Assembly: GCA_041389865.1 (NCBI GenBank)
Contig: JAWKRA010000004.1
Span: 50,307-114,306, forward strand
DNA length: 64,000 nt
Direction: 5' to 3'
Origin: Nannocystaceae bacterium
GTDB lineage: Bacteria > Myxococcota_A > Polyangia > Nannocystales > Nannocystaceae
In this document: piece after piece, positions 10,075 to 19,709 of the stretch
Layout: each line of letters begins with the position of its first letter
Numbering within the stretch: position 1 is the stretch's first letter
Made by a program: the position numbers and the translations under genes
The notes under the pieces: generated by a model
Seen by the model: only the letters and a program-made list of their open reading frames with translations
Databases searched by the model: none
Told to the model about the DNA's origin: nothing

Positions 10075-11825
10075 CGCGGCACCTTGTTGAAGTGGCCCTG
10101 CCCCAGCTTCACGACGTCGGAGATTGAAGGCATCAGGAAGTACCCGCTGCCCTTGACCGTGGTGAAGCGCCGCATTCCGGTGCACCGGTGCCGCAGCGGC
10201 GCGGCCGGGATCGTGAACGTGGGAGGGTTCATCCCGCTCTTGCCGGGCCCGTCGTGCTGGCCGACCAGGGGATCGGCGTCGCTGTCGAGCCCGGCGAACT
10301 TGCCGTTGTTGCACCACTGCTGCTGCACGAACTCGAACTGTCGCTCGATGTCGGCGTTGAAGCACAGGAAGTGAACACCCCGCTTGAGGAAGAAGAGCTG
10401 AAAGATCCGCCGCGCGTCGTCGTCGAGGCCGAGCTCGTCCTGGAGCCGCTCCGCGGCCGCGCGCTTGTCGACCTCGCAGAGCAGCAGCCGCTCGACGTCG
10501 TCGTGCCCGACCGCCGCGACCAGCTTGGCGCGGACGCGCTCGATCTCGGCCTTCGCGATCTGCGACAGCGCCCTCGTCACCTCGGGGAAGCGGTAGGTGT
10601 CCATCTGCTCCCCCATCATCGGCGGCCCGTAGGTGCGCCCGCGCCGGAGGATGCGGTGGAGGTTGGACAGGCGCAGCGACTCCTCGGGCGTCGCGCCCAG
10701 CTCCCAGCTCCGCGGGTTGCTGCGGCGAATGTGGGCGCCGAACGGGCACCCCTCGCCCTTGGGGTCGTTGACGTAGTCGAACTCGTCGAGCTCGTTGTGG
10801 AACTCGGCGAGCCGGCGCCGGTACATCTGCAGCATGCGGTCGAGGATCCCGCGCGGCACGGCCTCCTCCTGCAGCGCCGGATCGCCGTGGCCCTCCCCGC
10901 GCTCCCGCCAGTGGACCGCGAGCGGATGTCCCTCGGGCCAGCGGCCGACCATCTTGCTCGCCAGCGCCACCGCGGCGTAGGGCACCTCCTCGCTCGCGCC
11001 GCCGGCCGCGTGGTCGCAGCAGTACTGCCAGAACCCGAGGACATCTTGCTCGAGCTGGCGGAACACCAGGTAGCTGCCGTTCCTGCCCAGCTCGAGCCGC
11101 TCGCGCTCGTGGCCCGGCGGCGCGTAGGTCGGCACCAGCGAGGTGCGCCCCTTCCCGAACCCGTTCTCGTAGCCGAGCACGAACTCGCCGGGCGCGACCG
11201 TGTTGCCACCATACTCGCCGCCGACATCGCCGACCTGCGGCTGACCGATGAGATCGCGGAAGCCGAAGTGCTCCTTGTTGTCATTGAGCAGCTGCGTGTC
11301 GAGGAACGCGACCAGCTCCATGCCGTACTCGCGCTCGGCCCGCGCGACGAAGCCCTCGGGGCTCGGCTCGGTCTCCTCCCGCCAGTTCTCGTTGTTGAAG
11401 TAGGCCAGCAGGATCATGTGCACGTCGGTGCCGTTCTGCGCGGAGCCCCAGTTCCAATGGCAGGACTCGCTGGCGTCGACGTCCCCCAGGATGCGGGCGC
11501 GGTACGGCGTGTCCGAGTCCTCGACGAACGCCGGCGGGAACGCGTTGACGAGCCCCGGCTCGACCCCGAGCGCCACGAGCCCGCTGTAGCTGAACGCGAC
11601 GTTGTAGAAGGCCTCGTTGGTGCGTCGCTCGGCGGCCTGCTGTGACTCCTGCGCCTGCTTGGCGCTGGTGATGAGGTGCTGATTGTCGACGAGCCAGCGC
11701 CGCGTCCGCGCCGCGTCCTTGATGCGAAACAGCAGGAAGTAGCCGACGAGCTTGTCGAAGTAGGTGTCGAGGACGGCCCCCTGAATGTCGTCAAGCGGGA
11801 GCGCGCTCTGTCCTTGGCCGCTCAT
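10071..11825 (-). CDS. DyP-type (dye-decolorizing) peroxidase-like protein, long form
   Basis: N-terminal DDIQGAVL. HFGFRDLIGQP resembles the GXXDG distal-Asp motif. CPFGAHIRRSNPR resembles the proximal-His motif. C-terminal QFEFVQQQW. ATG at 11825 overlaps the upstream stop (ATGA), with GGGAGG 5 nt upstream. Confidence 0.5.
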   Translation of the reverse strand: MSGQGQSALPLDDIQGAVLDTYFDKLVGYFLLFRIKDAARTRRWLVDNQHLITSAKQAQESQQAAERRTNEAFYNVAFSYSGLVALGVEPGLVNAFPPAFVEDSDTPYRARILGDVDASESCHWNWGSAQNGTDVHMILLAYFNNENWREETEPSPEGFVARAEREYGMELVAFLDTQLLNDNKEHFGFRDLIGQPQVGDVGGEYGGNTVAPGEFVLGYENGFGKGRTSLVPTYAPPGHERERLELGRNGSYLVFRQLEQDVLGFWQYCCDHAAGGASEEVPYAAVALASKMVGRWPEGHPLAVHWRERGEGHGDPALQEEAVPRGILDRMLQMYRRRLAEFHNELDEFDYVNDPKGEGCPFGAHIRRSNPRSWELGATPEESLRLSNLHRILRRGRTYGPPMMGEQMDTYRFPEVTRALSQIAKAEIERVRAKLVAAVGHDDVERLLLCEVDKRAAAERLQDELGLDDDARRIFQLFFLKRGVHFLCFNADIERQFEFVQQQWCNNGKFAGLDSDADPLVGQHDGPGKSGMNPPTFTIPAAPLRHRCTGMRRFTTVKGSGYFLMPSISDVVKLGQGHFNKVPR

Positions 11826-13627
11826 AATTGCCTCCCGTGCAGCGCGTTGAGCCACTCCTGCGCGGACACACCCTCAAGATCGGCGAGCCCCCTGCGAGTG
11901 ATCGTGTTGTCATTGATGTTGCGAATCGACAGGCCCGGGTACGCGCTGTACCAGACCTGCGTCGGGATCTGGATGTGTCGGGCCCAGGCCTTGAAGCGAT
12001 CGGCGTCCTCCGAGCCGGCGTAGAGCAGGTCGCGGGTGCGCGGGTAGCCGACGGTGTTGCTCCACACCGCGGTGAGCCCGGTGCTGGCCTTGTCGATGAA
12101 GTCGCCGAGGTAGCTCTGCCACGAGCTGTCGAAGTTGCTGAGGAAGAGCGCGTCCTCCCCCTGATTGATCAGCACCCAGCGCGCGAAGTGGATCGTCGGG
12201 ATGTCGCCCAGCTTGCCCTTGTTGTAGACGGTCCGCGCGAGCAGCTGGAGCGCGTAGAAGACCCCGCGGATGAGCAGCGCCCGAAACGCGCCCGCCTTGA
12301 GGACCGCGATGTTCGAGAGCTGATTCTGGTAGAAGCGATTCTCGTCCCGCGACGAGCGCTCGGACAGCGCGAACTCGACCTCGGTGTAGTACGGCTCGAA
12401 CGGCGGATCGGTCGCCTCGAGGGCGTGGAGGTGCCGACGCGCGCGCCGCTCGAGGTAGCTCAGGATGACGACGATGATGGTCACCGCGAGCGTCAGGACC
12501 GTGAACGCGTAGCACCAGTCTATCAGGGCAGGTTGATGAAAGTCGGGCGTGGCGACGATGAGCGCCGCCACGGCGACGAACCCCGTCAATGCCAGCGACA
12601 GCCGCCAGGACCGCCACGGCGCGGCCGCGATGATCGCCGCGGCCGCGATCGCGAGCTGGAGCTGCCAGCTGAAGGTCGTCAGGCGATCCCAGGACGCCAG
12701 CATGGAGCCGACGAGGCTCGTGATCACCAGGAGCCCGACGACCGCGCCGCGGATCAGCCACCCAGGCTCCGGGAGGATCAACTTGAGGTAGCGATAGACG
12801 ACCAGCGCGGAGAGGCCGACCGCCACCGTCATGCTCGCCGTGGAGAACCACGATGACGCCTGCGGCCAGAGCATCCAAAACAGGTAGTTGCCGGTGGTGA
12901 CGAGCAGGAACACGAGCAGCAGCAGCACCACCAACCCGATGACCTTCAGCGTCCACTGCGGCCCCGCGAAGATCGAGGGCTGCGGGGGAAACACGGGCGG
13001 CCGCTCGCCGAGCGCCTCCACGATGTCGCGCCGGATCGCCACGGAGTCGTTGGGCGGCCAGCCGGGCTCTCGCTGCTTGCGGTCAATGACCTCGTCCACG
13101 CGGCGCCGCAGCGCGGCCTCCCCGAGAATCTGGTCGCGGCTGCGCCCGGGCGCGCCCACGTAGAAGGTGGAGGACGGATAGCGGCGATCGGGCGCGCTCA
13201 GGAACGCCTCGAGCGACCGACGGAGGCTCTGCGGATCGTCGCCTTCGGGCGCGTACCCCTCGCAGCACTCGTAGAGGCTGTGGAGCGCCGCGTAGGCGTG
13301 CTCGACCACCTCGGCGATGTGCCGCCGCAGGGCCTCGTCTTCGCTGCACCGCTCGTCGCCGACCGGACCGTCGTAGTTGGTGGAGAACACCAGCTGCGGC
13401 CCCGTCATGAAGCCCCGATGGCTGTCGATGAGGACCCACCGGGCGAAGTGAACCGTCCGCATCGCGGCGAAGGGCACGGCGGTCGCGGTCGCCTCGCCCT
13501 CCATCAACGCGATCGTCTCGCGTCGAATTCGGTCCAGCAGATCACGCAGCCTGGCGAGACGCTCCCGACGCACGCGAACGATGACGGTCAGCGAGAACTG
13601 GCTTGTCGGCGAGCTCGGCAGATCCAT
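11822..13627 (-). CDS. Integral membrane protein with a duplicated HFARWVLI motif domain
   Basis: Two soluble domains each contain (T/I)HFARWVLI, separated by roughly six TM helices. It is the first gene of the coupled three-gene operon. Confidence 0.55.
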   Translation of the reverse strand: MDLPSSPTSQFSLTVIVRVRRERLARLRDLLDRIRRETIALMEGEATATAVPFAAMRTVHFARWVLIDSHRGFMTGPQLVFSTNYDGPVGDERCSEDEALRRHIAEVVEHAYAALHSLYECCEGYAPEGDDPQSLRRSLEAFLSAPDRRYPSSTFYVGAPGRSRDQILGEAALRRRVDEVIDRKQREPGWPPNDSVAIRRDIVEALGERPPVFPPQPSIFAGPQWTLKVIGLVVLLLLVFLLVTTGNYLFWMLWPQASSWFSTASMTVAVGLSALVVYRYLKLILPEPGWLIRGAVVGLLVITSLVGSMLASWDRLTTFSWQLQLAIAAAAIIAAAPWRSWRLSLALTGFVAVAALIVATPDFHQPALIDWCYAFTVLTLAVTIIVVILSYLERRARRHLHALEATDPPFEPYYTEVEFALSERSSRDENRFYQNQLSNIAVLKAGAFRALLIRGVFYALQLLARTVYNKGKLGDIPTIHFARWVLINQGEDALFLSNFDSSWQSYLGDFIDKASTGLTAVWSNTVGYPRTRDLLYAGSEDADRFKAWARHIQIPTQVWYSAYPGLSIRNINDNTITRRGLADLEGVSAQEWLNALHGRQL

Positions 13628-14028
13628 GTCTTGCTTCTCCGCGCGACGCCGGGGCGGCGCCGAATCTCAGCCTCCACGATCGAGTGATTGCGAGCATAGA
13701 AGACCACTGCGACATTGCAAAGGGTTGGGCGATTCACAGCGGAGCGCGGGCGATGGAATCGGCGCGAGAACGCCCGCGCGCGGCGAGCCGCGGCGCGATG
13801 GTGGATGGCGGGTGTCGCCAGCTTGACGCGCCGTCATGGGGCGTCATCGCGCGTCGGTCGAGGGGCGCCGAGTGTCACGAGTCAGCCAGCGCCGGGTCAC
13901 AGCATGAAGCGATCTGCAACCGGCGGTGGTTCGGCTCCATCGGCCTGCGCGGCGTGGAGCCGCGGAGCGAGCTCCGAGTTCACAGGGCCGCGCGACTCGA
14001 TCTGCGCGTCACCGATCGCGCGCGCCCC

Positions 14029-14688
14029 TCAGTCCCGGTCGGGCGCGCCCAGGGGGAACAACGGCCGATACGGCCGGGCCTCCTCGACCGCGCGCGCGAA
14101 CGAGGGGCGGTCCAAGAGGCGCGCTCGATAGCCGCGCAGCCGCGGGTAGCCCTCGGCGATCGGATGGGTCCAGTCGGCGTAGAACAGCGACGGCGCGGCG
14201 GCGCAGTCGGCCAAGGTGAAGTCGCTGCCCGCGGCCCAGGGTCGGTCGATAAGCTGTCCTTCGAGCCATGCATATGCGCGCTCGAGCTTCTCGGTGGCGA
14301 GCGCGAGCCCCTCTCGGCGCTTCCCAAGATCGCCGGTCAGCGCCCCGTCGACCGCGTGCTGGGCGGCGTTCATCACGTGCAGATCGAAGAAGCGATCGAG
14401 GAAGCGCACGGGGAGCGCGGCCCTCGGATCGGCGGGCAGGAGCGCCACGGGTCCCGGGTGCTCGAGCTGCAGGTGCTCGATGATGATGCTGGTCTCGACG
14501 ACGCTGCGCTCGCCGTCGACCAGGAGCGGGAACTTGCGCAGCGGCCAGCGCCGCAGCCACTCGACGCTGTGCTCGGGCGTCTCGGGGCCAATGCAGCGAA
14601 ACGAGAACGGGGTGCGATTCTCGTACAGGGCGATGAGCACCTTCTGCGTGTAGGAGGAGAACGGGTGACCGTAGAGCACGAGCGCCAT
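14029..14688 (-). CDS. Glutathione S-transferase
   Basis: N-terminal thioredoxin-like fold (MALVLYGHPFSSYTQKVLIAL) plus a C-terminal helical domain, with the usual GST length. Confidence 0.85.
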   Translation of the reverse strand: MALVLYGHPFSSYTQKVLIALYENRTPFSFRCIGPETPEHSVEWLRRWPLRKFPLLVDGERSVVETSIIIEHLQLEHPGPVALLPADPRAALPVRFLDRFFDLHVMNAAQHAVDGALTGDLGKRREGLALATEKLERAYAWLEGQLIDRPWAAGSDFTLADCAAAPSLFYADWTHPIAEGYPRLRGYRARLLDRPSFARAVEEARPYRPLFPLGAPDRD

Positions 14689-15147
14689 CGGAGAGCTCGT
14701 AGTGCAGGTCATCGGCGCGTGGCAAGGGTCTCGACGCGGCGGACCACGGAACGCCGCGCGTTCGGTCGATCGTGCAGGTGCGCGCTACGAGCGATGCAGT
14801 CAGCGACGCCAGCCCGTCGTCGACGCAGTGGGTGAGGCGGTCGCGCGACGCACCCATCGAGCCGCAGGCACGGACTGCATCGACGTCGCCCAGGCAGACG
14901 GGCGCCGGGGTGCCGACGACATCACCGGGCCGTCGTCGTCGCTCGCCGAGCTCGCGACCACGACGCCCGCGCACCGACGCACGCGCCGTCTCAGGCCGAG
15001 CGCCCGACGACGGACGTCGACGCCGCCTGAGCGCGCCCCAAAGCGACGCGAGGTTGATCGCCGACGTGGCGACGGGGGCGATCGTGCGCCGCGGCTGTCG
15101 ACGACGCTGCTGCTACGCGCGCGCCGTCGACGACGACGCCCGCGACA

Positions 15148-16509
15148 TTAAGGAGTCCCGCCGGCCTGGCTCGCGGTCGGGCGACCGGAGCTGGCGGCCT
15201 CCTCCTTCTCCATCACGTAGCGGACCAGGCGCTTGAGCGTGTTGTTGCGCTCGATGTTGCCGAGCAGCTTGACGAGGTCGTCGTAGGCCTTCGGATCCTT
15301 GATGAGCTTGCCGGCCGTGCCCTCGCCCTTCTCGATGGCGGCGATCACCTTCTCGAGGTTGTCGAGGGTGTCCTCGAGATCCTTCACGATCTCGCCCTTC
15401 TCGTCGTAGAGCAGCTTGGCGGCCACGCTCTTGTTGTTGGGGTCCTTGAGGTCCTCGAGCACCTTGTGGATGTCGGCCATGACCCGGCGGCCGTCGTCGA
15501 TGATCGGCTGGACGTTGGCGTCGATCTTCTTGAGCGAGCCGTTGGCGGTCTTGACGAAGCGATCGAGGCCCGAGGCGGTCTCGCGGATGCTGCGGAGGGT
15601 CTTGCCCACGTCCTCGACGTAGGTCTCGTCGTTGAGCAGCGCGCCGACGAGGCCCTTGCCCTCGGCGATCTGGCGCGAGACCTCGTTGGCGTTGGCGATC
15701 AGCTCTTGGACGTTGCGGACGGTCCGCTCGTCGGCGACCGCCGAGGCGAGGTCGGCGACCGAGCCGATGATCTCCTCGACCTTCACGAACATGCCGTCGA
15801 TGCGATCCTTGACCGCGTAGATGTCCTCGATGAGCGAGGGCGTGGTCTGGATGCGCCCGCCGTCCTGGATGCCTGCGCCGCGGCCCGCCGAGATCGCGAC
15901 CAGCTGGTCACCGAGCACGCCGTTTTGCGAGACGGTCGCGCGCGAGTCCTCGCGGATGTGCTCGAGCGCGTCGCTGTAGACCTCGAGGGTGACGCGGATC
16001 CGCTTGTGCTCGGTCGTGTAGGCCGCGCACACGCCGTTGGAGCCGGTCCAGGTGACGCGTCGGTAGCGGCGGCGGAACGCCCTCGTGATGCACACCTCGC
16101 CCTCGTTGCAGTGGGCGTCCTCGGAGCACGGCGGGTGCAGATCCTTGTTGGAGGAGTAGGGCTCGAGCTCGGCGCACACGCCCTCGGGCGCGCAGAACAT
16201 GGTGCGGTCGCAGTCGTCGGTGCGGGTGCCCGAGTAGCGCCCGCGGTCCTCGGTGGTCGCGTCGCACTTGTAGTCGGGCTCGACGAACTTGCGCTCCTTG
16301 ACGACGCCGATCTCGATGCCCTCGAGCTGCACGGGGCTGCCCTTCTTGAGGCCGGAGACCGTGCGGAAGTCGGCGTAGATCGTCGCCTTCTCCTTCCACG
16401 CGCCCTTGCCCTGGCCGATCACGTAGATCGAGATCACGAACATGACCCCGAGCCCGAGGACGAAGAGCCCGACGATGAGGTTGAGCTGCTGCTCGCTCTT
16501 GCGCGCCAC
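15148..16509 (-). CDS. mlaD: MCE/MlaD-family periplasmic substrate-binding protein with a Cys-rich insert
   Basis: N-terminal TM, then an MCE domain (ADFRTVSGLKKGSPVQLEGIEIGVV). A ~90-aa insert holding 10 Cys splits the domain. The tail is coiled. Confidence 0.8.
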   Translation of the reverse strand: MARKSEQQLNLIVGLFVLGLGVMFVISIYVIGQGKGAWKEKATIYADFRTVSGLKKGSPVQLEGIEIGVVKERKFVEPDYKCDATTEDRGRYSGTRTDDCDRTMFCAPEGVCAELEPYSSNKDLHPPCSEDAHCNEGEVCITRAFRRRYRRVTWTGSNGVCAAYTTEHKRIRVTLEVYSDALEHIREDSRATVSQNGVLGDQLVAISAGRGAGIQDGGRIQTTPSLIEDIYAVKDRIDGMFVKVEEIIGSVADLASAVADERTVRNVQELIANANEVSRQIAEGKGLVGALLNDETYVEDVGKTLRSIRETASGLDRFVKTANGSLKKIDANVQPIIDDGRRVMADIHKVLEDLKDPNNKSVAAKLLYDEKGEIVKDLEDTLDNLEKVIAAIEKGEGTAGKLIKDPKAYDDLVKLLGNIERNNTLKRLVRYVMEKEEAASSGRPTASQAGGTP

Positions 16510-17256
16510 CTAGACCCTCCCCTCGACGAAGTCGCGCACGGCCTGGGGGGCGTCGCGGCGCATCTGCGTGGGCGTCCCGACGAACGGGAAGTGCTTCTCG
16601 TGGAGCATGGCGATCCGATCGGAGACGTCGAAGGCGATCGGCATCTCGTGGGTGACGACGATGCTGGTCACGCCGAGCTCGCGCTGGAGCTTCTTGATCA
16701 TCTCGCCGATGCGCTTGATGTTCATGGGATCGAGCCCTGTGGTCGGCTCGTCGTAGAGGATAACCTCTGGCTTAATTGCGATCGAGCGGGCTAAGGCGAC
16801 GCGTTTGCGCATGCCTCCCGAGAGGCTGGCGGGCATCCGGTCGATGAGGTGAGGGTCGCTCCCGAGCCCGACCATGTCGAGGCACTCGCGCGCGCGCGCG
16901 AGGATCGCGTCATCGCTCATGTCGGTGTGCTCGCGCAGGGCGTAGCCGACGTTATCGAGCACGCTCATGGAGTCAAACAGCGCGCCGCCCTGGAACACCA
17001 TCGAGAGCCGGCGCCGCAGCCGGCTCAGGCGGTCGGCGTTCATGTCGCCGACCTCCTCGCCGTCGACCAAGACATCGCCCTCCTCGGCCTTGAGCAGCCC
17101 GGTGATGAGCTTGAGGCACACGCTCTTGCCCTGGCCCGAGCCGCCGATGACCGTCAGGGTCTCGCCCTCGCGGACCTGGAGGTCCATGTCCTTGTACACG
17201 ACGTGCTTGCCGAACTTCTTGCACACGCCGCGCAGCTCGATGATCGTCTTCGCCAT
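16510..17256 (-). CDS. mlaF: ABC transporter ATP-binding protein (MlaF-like)
   Basis: Walker A GGSGQGKS, signature LSGGMRKRVALAR and Walker B ILYDEPTTGLD. Confidence 0.9.
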   Translation of the reverse strand: MAKTIIELRGVCKKFGKHVVYKDMDLQVREGETLTVIGGSGQGKSVCLKLITGLLKAEEGDVLVDGEEVGDMNADRLSRLRRRLSMVFQGGALFDSMSVLDNVGYALREHTDMSDDAILARARECLDMVGLGSDPHLIDRMPASLSGGMRKRVALARSIAIKPEVILYDEPTTGLDPMNIKRIGEMIKKLQRELGVTSIVVTHEMPIAFDVSDRIAMLHEKHFPFVGTPTQMRRDAPQAVRDFVEGRV

Positions 17257-17259
17257 CGC

Positions 17260-18054
17260 TCAAATCGGCAGGAAGATGGTGGTGAGGATGAAGTCCATCA
17301 GCAGGATCATCACCGACGTGGCCACCACCGTGTTGGTCGTCGAGATGCCGACGGCCTCCGTGCCGTGCTTGGTCGTAAAGCCCTGGTAGCAGCCGATCAG
17401 CCCGATCAGCAGGCCGAACACCAGGGACTTGGTCAGACCCGAGACGTAGTCGAAGATCACCAGCTGATCGACGTAGGTCTCGTAGAAGTACATGAACGGG
17501 ACGTCGAAGACGAGGTCGGCGATCACCCCGCCGCCGCCGAGCGCCAGGATGTTGCCCCACACCGACAAGAGCGGGAGCGCGACGGTGGCCGCGACCACCC
17601 GCGGCCAGACCAGCTTCTTGATCGGGTCGGCGCCGAGCGAGGCGATGGCGTCGATCTGCTCGGAGACCTTCATCGAGCCCAGCTCGGCCGCCATGCCGGT
17701 GGCCATGCGGGCGCCGACCGTGAGGGCGAGGATGCCGGGGACCAGCTCGCGCACGAGCGCCAGCGACGCGGCCGAGCCGACCGCGTTCTTGGCCCCGAAG
17801 TCCATCAGCGCCTCGCCGAACTGCCAGGTGAGGACGATGCCGATGAAGATCGACATGATCGTCGTCAGCGCGAGGCTGCGGACCCCGAGCGCGACGATCT
17901 GATAGAAGATGTCGTAGACGCCGTAGGGGCGGCGCACGCCGACGCCGATCGAGATCAGGAGCAGCCGAGCGATCCCGCCGGCCCACTCGATGCCGGCCAG
18001 GATCGTCTCGCCCATCCGCGCGACGATGGGCTTTCTCGGCGTCGTGTCGGTCAC
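17260..18054 (-). CDS. mlaE: ABC transporter permease (MlaE-like)
   Basis: Polytopic membrane protein of about 260 aa directly upstream of the ATPase, with the MlaE-family architecture. Confidence 0.8.
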   Translation of the reverse strand: MTDTTPRKPIVARMGETILAGIEWAGGIARLLLISIGVGVRRPYGVYDIFYQIVALGVRSLALTTIMSIFIGIVLTWQFGEALMDFGAKNAVGSAASLALVRELVPGILALTVGARMATGMAAELGSMKVSEQIDAIASLGADPIKKLVWPRVVAATVALPLLSVWGNILALGGGGVIADLVFDVPFMYFYETYVDQLVIFDYVSGLTKSLVFGLLIGLIGCYQGFTTKHGTEAVGISTTNTVVATSVMILLMDFILTTIFLPI

Positions 18055-18593
18055 AGGGGGTACTTGAAGGCCGCGACCACGCGGTCGAAGTCAGGCTTGG
18101 CGCTCGCGTGGTGGCCGGGCGCGGCGATGAGCTGAAAGTCGAACAGGCAGCCGTCCTTCTTGAGGACTACGAACTCGAGGGTGGTCGCGGTGACGCCGTC
18201 GAGCTCGCCCTCGACGACGGTGCGGACGGCGTCGCGCCCGGCGAGCGGCTCGGTGGTCTGGGAGAGGATCTTCCACTCGCGAAAGTCGATGCGCAGGTGA
18301 TCGGTGAACTGCTCTAAGGAGCTGTCGCCGTGGCGCTCGCACTGGCCGCTGACGTTGATGACAGCCGGGAAGTCGCGGCTGGCCCAGGCGACCTGGACGC
18401 CCTTCTCCTTGATCGGCTCCCAGGACCCGCCGGGGAGCCCGAATCGGAAGGTCGCCTCGCCTGGGACGGCCTTCTTGCCTGGACGGGCGTAGTAGGTGTC
18501 GCCGTGGCCGACCCAGCCGCCGCTGCAGGCGGGGGTGAGGCACAAGAGCGCGGCCGCGGCCACGACTCGGCGCAGGAAGGACGGTGTTCCCAC
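18051..18593 (-). CDS. Lipoprotein, first gene of the Mla-like operon
   Basis: A GTG start yields signal and lipobox MGTPSFLRRVVAAAALLCLTPAC. Its stop overlaps the mlaE start by 4 nt. Confidence 0.5.
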   Translation of the reverse strand: MGTPSFLRRVVAAAALLCLTPACSGGWVGHGDTYYARPGKKAVPGEATFRFGLPGGSWEPIKEKGVQVAWASRDFPAVINVSGQCERHGDSSLEQFTDHLRIDFREWKILSQTTEPLAGRDAVRTVVEGELDGVTATTLEFVVLKKDGCLFDFQLIAAPGHHASAKPDFDRVVAAFKYPL

Positions 18594-18747
18594 CGATCGC
18601 ACTCGGGGCACGTCGCGCACTCGCACTCGCGGCCAGTGTAGCAGCGTCGCCCACCAGACCGGGAGCCCCGCCGCGAAGGTCGCAAAACCCATCTCGCGCG
18701 GGCGAGCGGGCGAAATGGGGGGTTTCTACGGGATCGCTCGCGGGGGC

Positions 18748-19638
18748 TCACGGATCGACCGGCACCACCACGGAGTCGCCGACCACGACGTGCTCGGGCC
18801 CAAGGGCCGGGGCCAGCGGCGGACACGCGCCCTCGGGATCGATCCCGGCAGCCCCGGTGATGAGCACGCGTCGCCCGCCGAGCCGCGCGAGGACGGCGGG
18901 ATCGGGGTGGCAGTAGGGGTTGTCCATGCCCGCCGAGATCACGGCCGTCGCAGCGCCGATGGCCGTGACGACCTCGGCCGAGATCCCGTCGCGTCCGCCG
19001 TGGTGGGCGACCCAGAAGAGATCGACGGGGCCGCAGGCGAGCGCCGCGGCGGCGACCCGTTGGGCCGGGAGATCGCCCGGCGCGAGCAGGGTCGCGCGGC
19101 CGAGGGTGACGCACAGGGCCAGGCCGCGGTGGTTCTCGGGGGCGTCAGGCGCCAGCGGGCCGGTGTCGACGACCGCGATTTCAACCTGTCCTTTTGACCA
19201 CGTAGCACCGGGGCCGACGCCCGCGCGACGATCGCCGACGGCGGCGCGGTAGCTCGCGAACACGCCGGTGCTCGGGGCCGCCTCGAGGCCGCGATCCCAG
19301 AACGCGTCGACCTCGAGGTCGTCGTCGGTCCCGAGGCGGCCGTCGTGGCCAGCGAGCGCCCGGGCGAGGCCGCCGATGTGGTCGGCGTCGTGATGGGTGA
19401 GGATCCAGAGATCGACGCGGGTGACGCCAGCGCGGTCGAGGGCGGCGATGATCGCCTCGGCGCTCGCGGGCGGGCCGGCGTCGATCATCACGGCGATGTC
19501 GGCGTCGCGGACGAGCAGCGCCGATCCCTGGCCGACGTCGATCCAGGTGAACTCGCGCGCGAGGTCGGCGGCGCTCGTCGGACGCACGAGCAGGGTGAGG
19601 AGGCCGAGGAGGAGGAGGAGCGATGGCAGTCGAGGCAC
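18748..19638 (-). CDS. Secreted metallo-beta-lactamase-fold hydrolase (ComEC C-terminal domain-like)
   Basis: THHDADHIGG matches the HxHxDH motif, with AHHGGRDG downstream. A GTG start gives signal peptide VPRLPSLLLLLGLLTLLV. Confidence 0.6.
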   Translation of the reverse strand: MPRLPSLLLLLGLLTLLVRPTSAADLAREFTWIDVGQGSALLVRDADIAVMIDAGPPASAEAIIAALDRAGVTRVDLWILTHHDADHIGGLARALAGHDGRLGTDDDLEVDAFWDRGLEAAPSTGVFASYRAAVGDRRAGVGPGATWSKGQVEIAVVDTGPLAPDAPENHRGLALCVTLGRATLLAPGDLPAQRVAAAALACGPVDLFWVAHHGGRDGISAEVVTAIGAATAVISAGMDNPYCHPDPAVLARLGGRRVLITGAAGIDPEGACPPLAPALGPEHVVVGDSVVVPVDP

Positions 19639-19709
19639 GAGGCGGTCTCGGCCGCGGCGTCGGAATGTTGCGGCCGACCTGCAACGATTTTCTCGGGTGG
19701 CCGATGGGC

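Noticed and set aside
8083-10374. 763-aa plus-strand ORF
   Set aside because: Antisense to the DUF4331-like and DyP-like genes. Arg/Pro/Gly-rich with no motifs.
10188-11645. 485-aa plus ORF, and the minus ORFs 10616..11284 and 11414..11794
   Set aside because: Alternative frames across the DyP-like gene. Low-complexity Ala/Arg/Ser/Thr translations.
11828-12956. Plus ORF 11828..12856 and minus ORF 11910..12956
   Set aside because: Shadow frames over the HFARW membrane-protein gene, which has real TM helices in the chosen frame.
13603-14974. 410-aa plus ORF and 321-aa minus ORF over the GST region
   Set aside because: The GST frame (14029..14688, minus) has the recognisable fold motifs. The others are Arg-rich.
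15466-18135. Long plus ORFs 15466..16794 and 16849..18135 plus minus ORF 16973..17986
   Set aside because: Antisense or alternative frames to the mlaD, mlaF and mlaE genes, which have clear family motifs.
18314-19114. Minus ORF 18314..19114 and plus ORF 18496..19197
   Set aside because: Arg-rich alternative frames overlapping the lipoprotein and MBL-fold genes.
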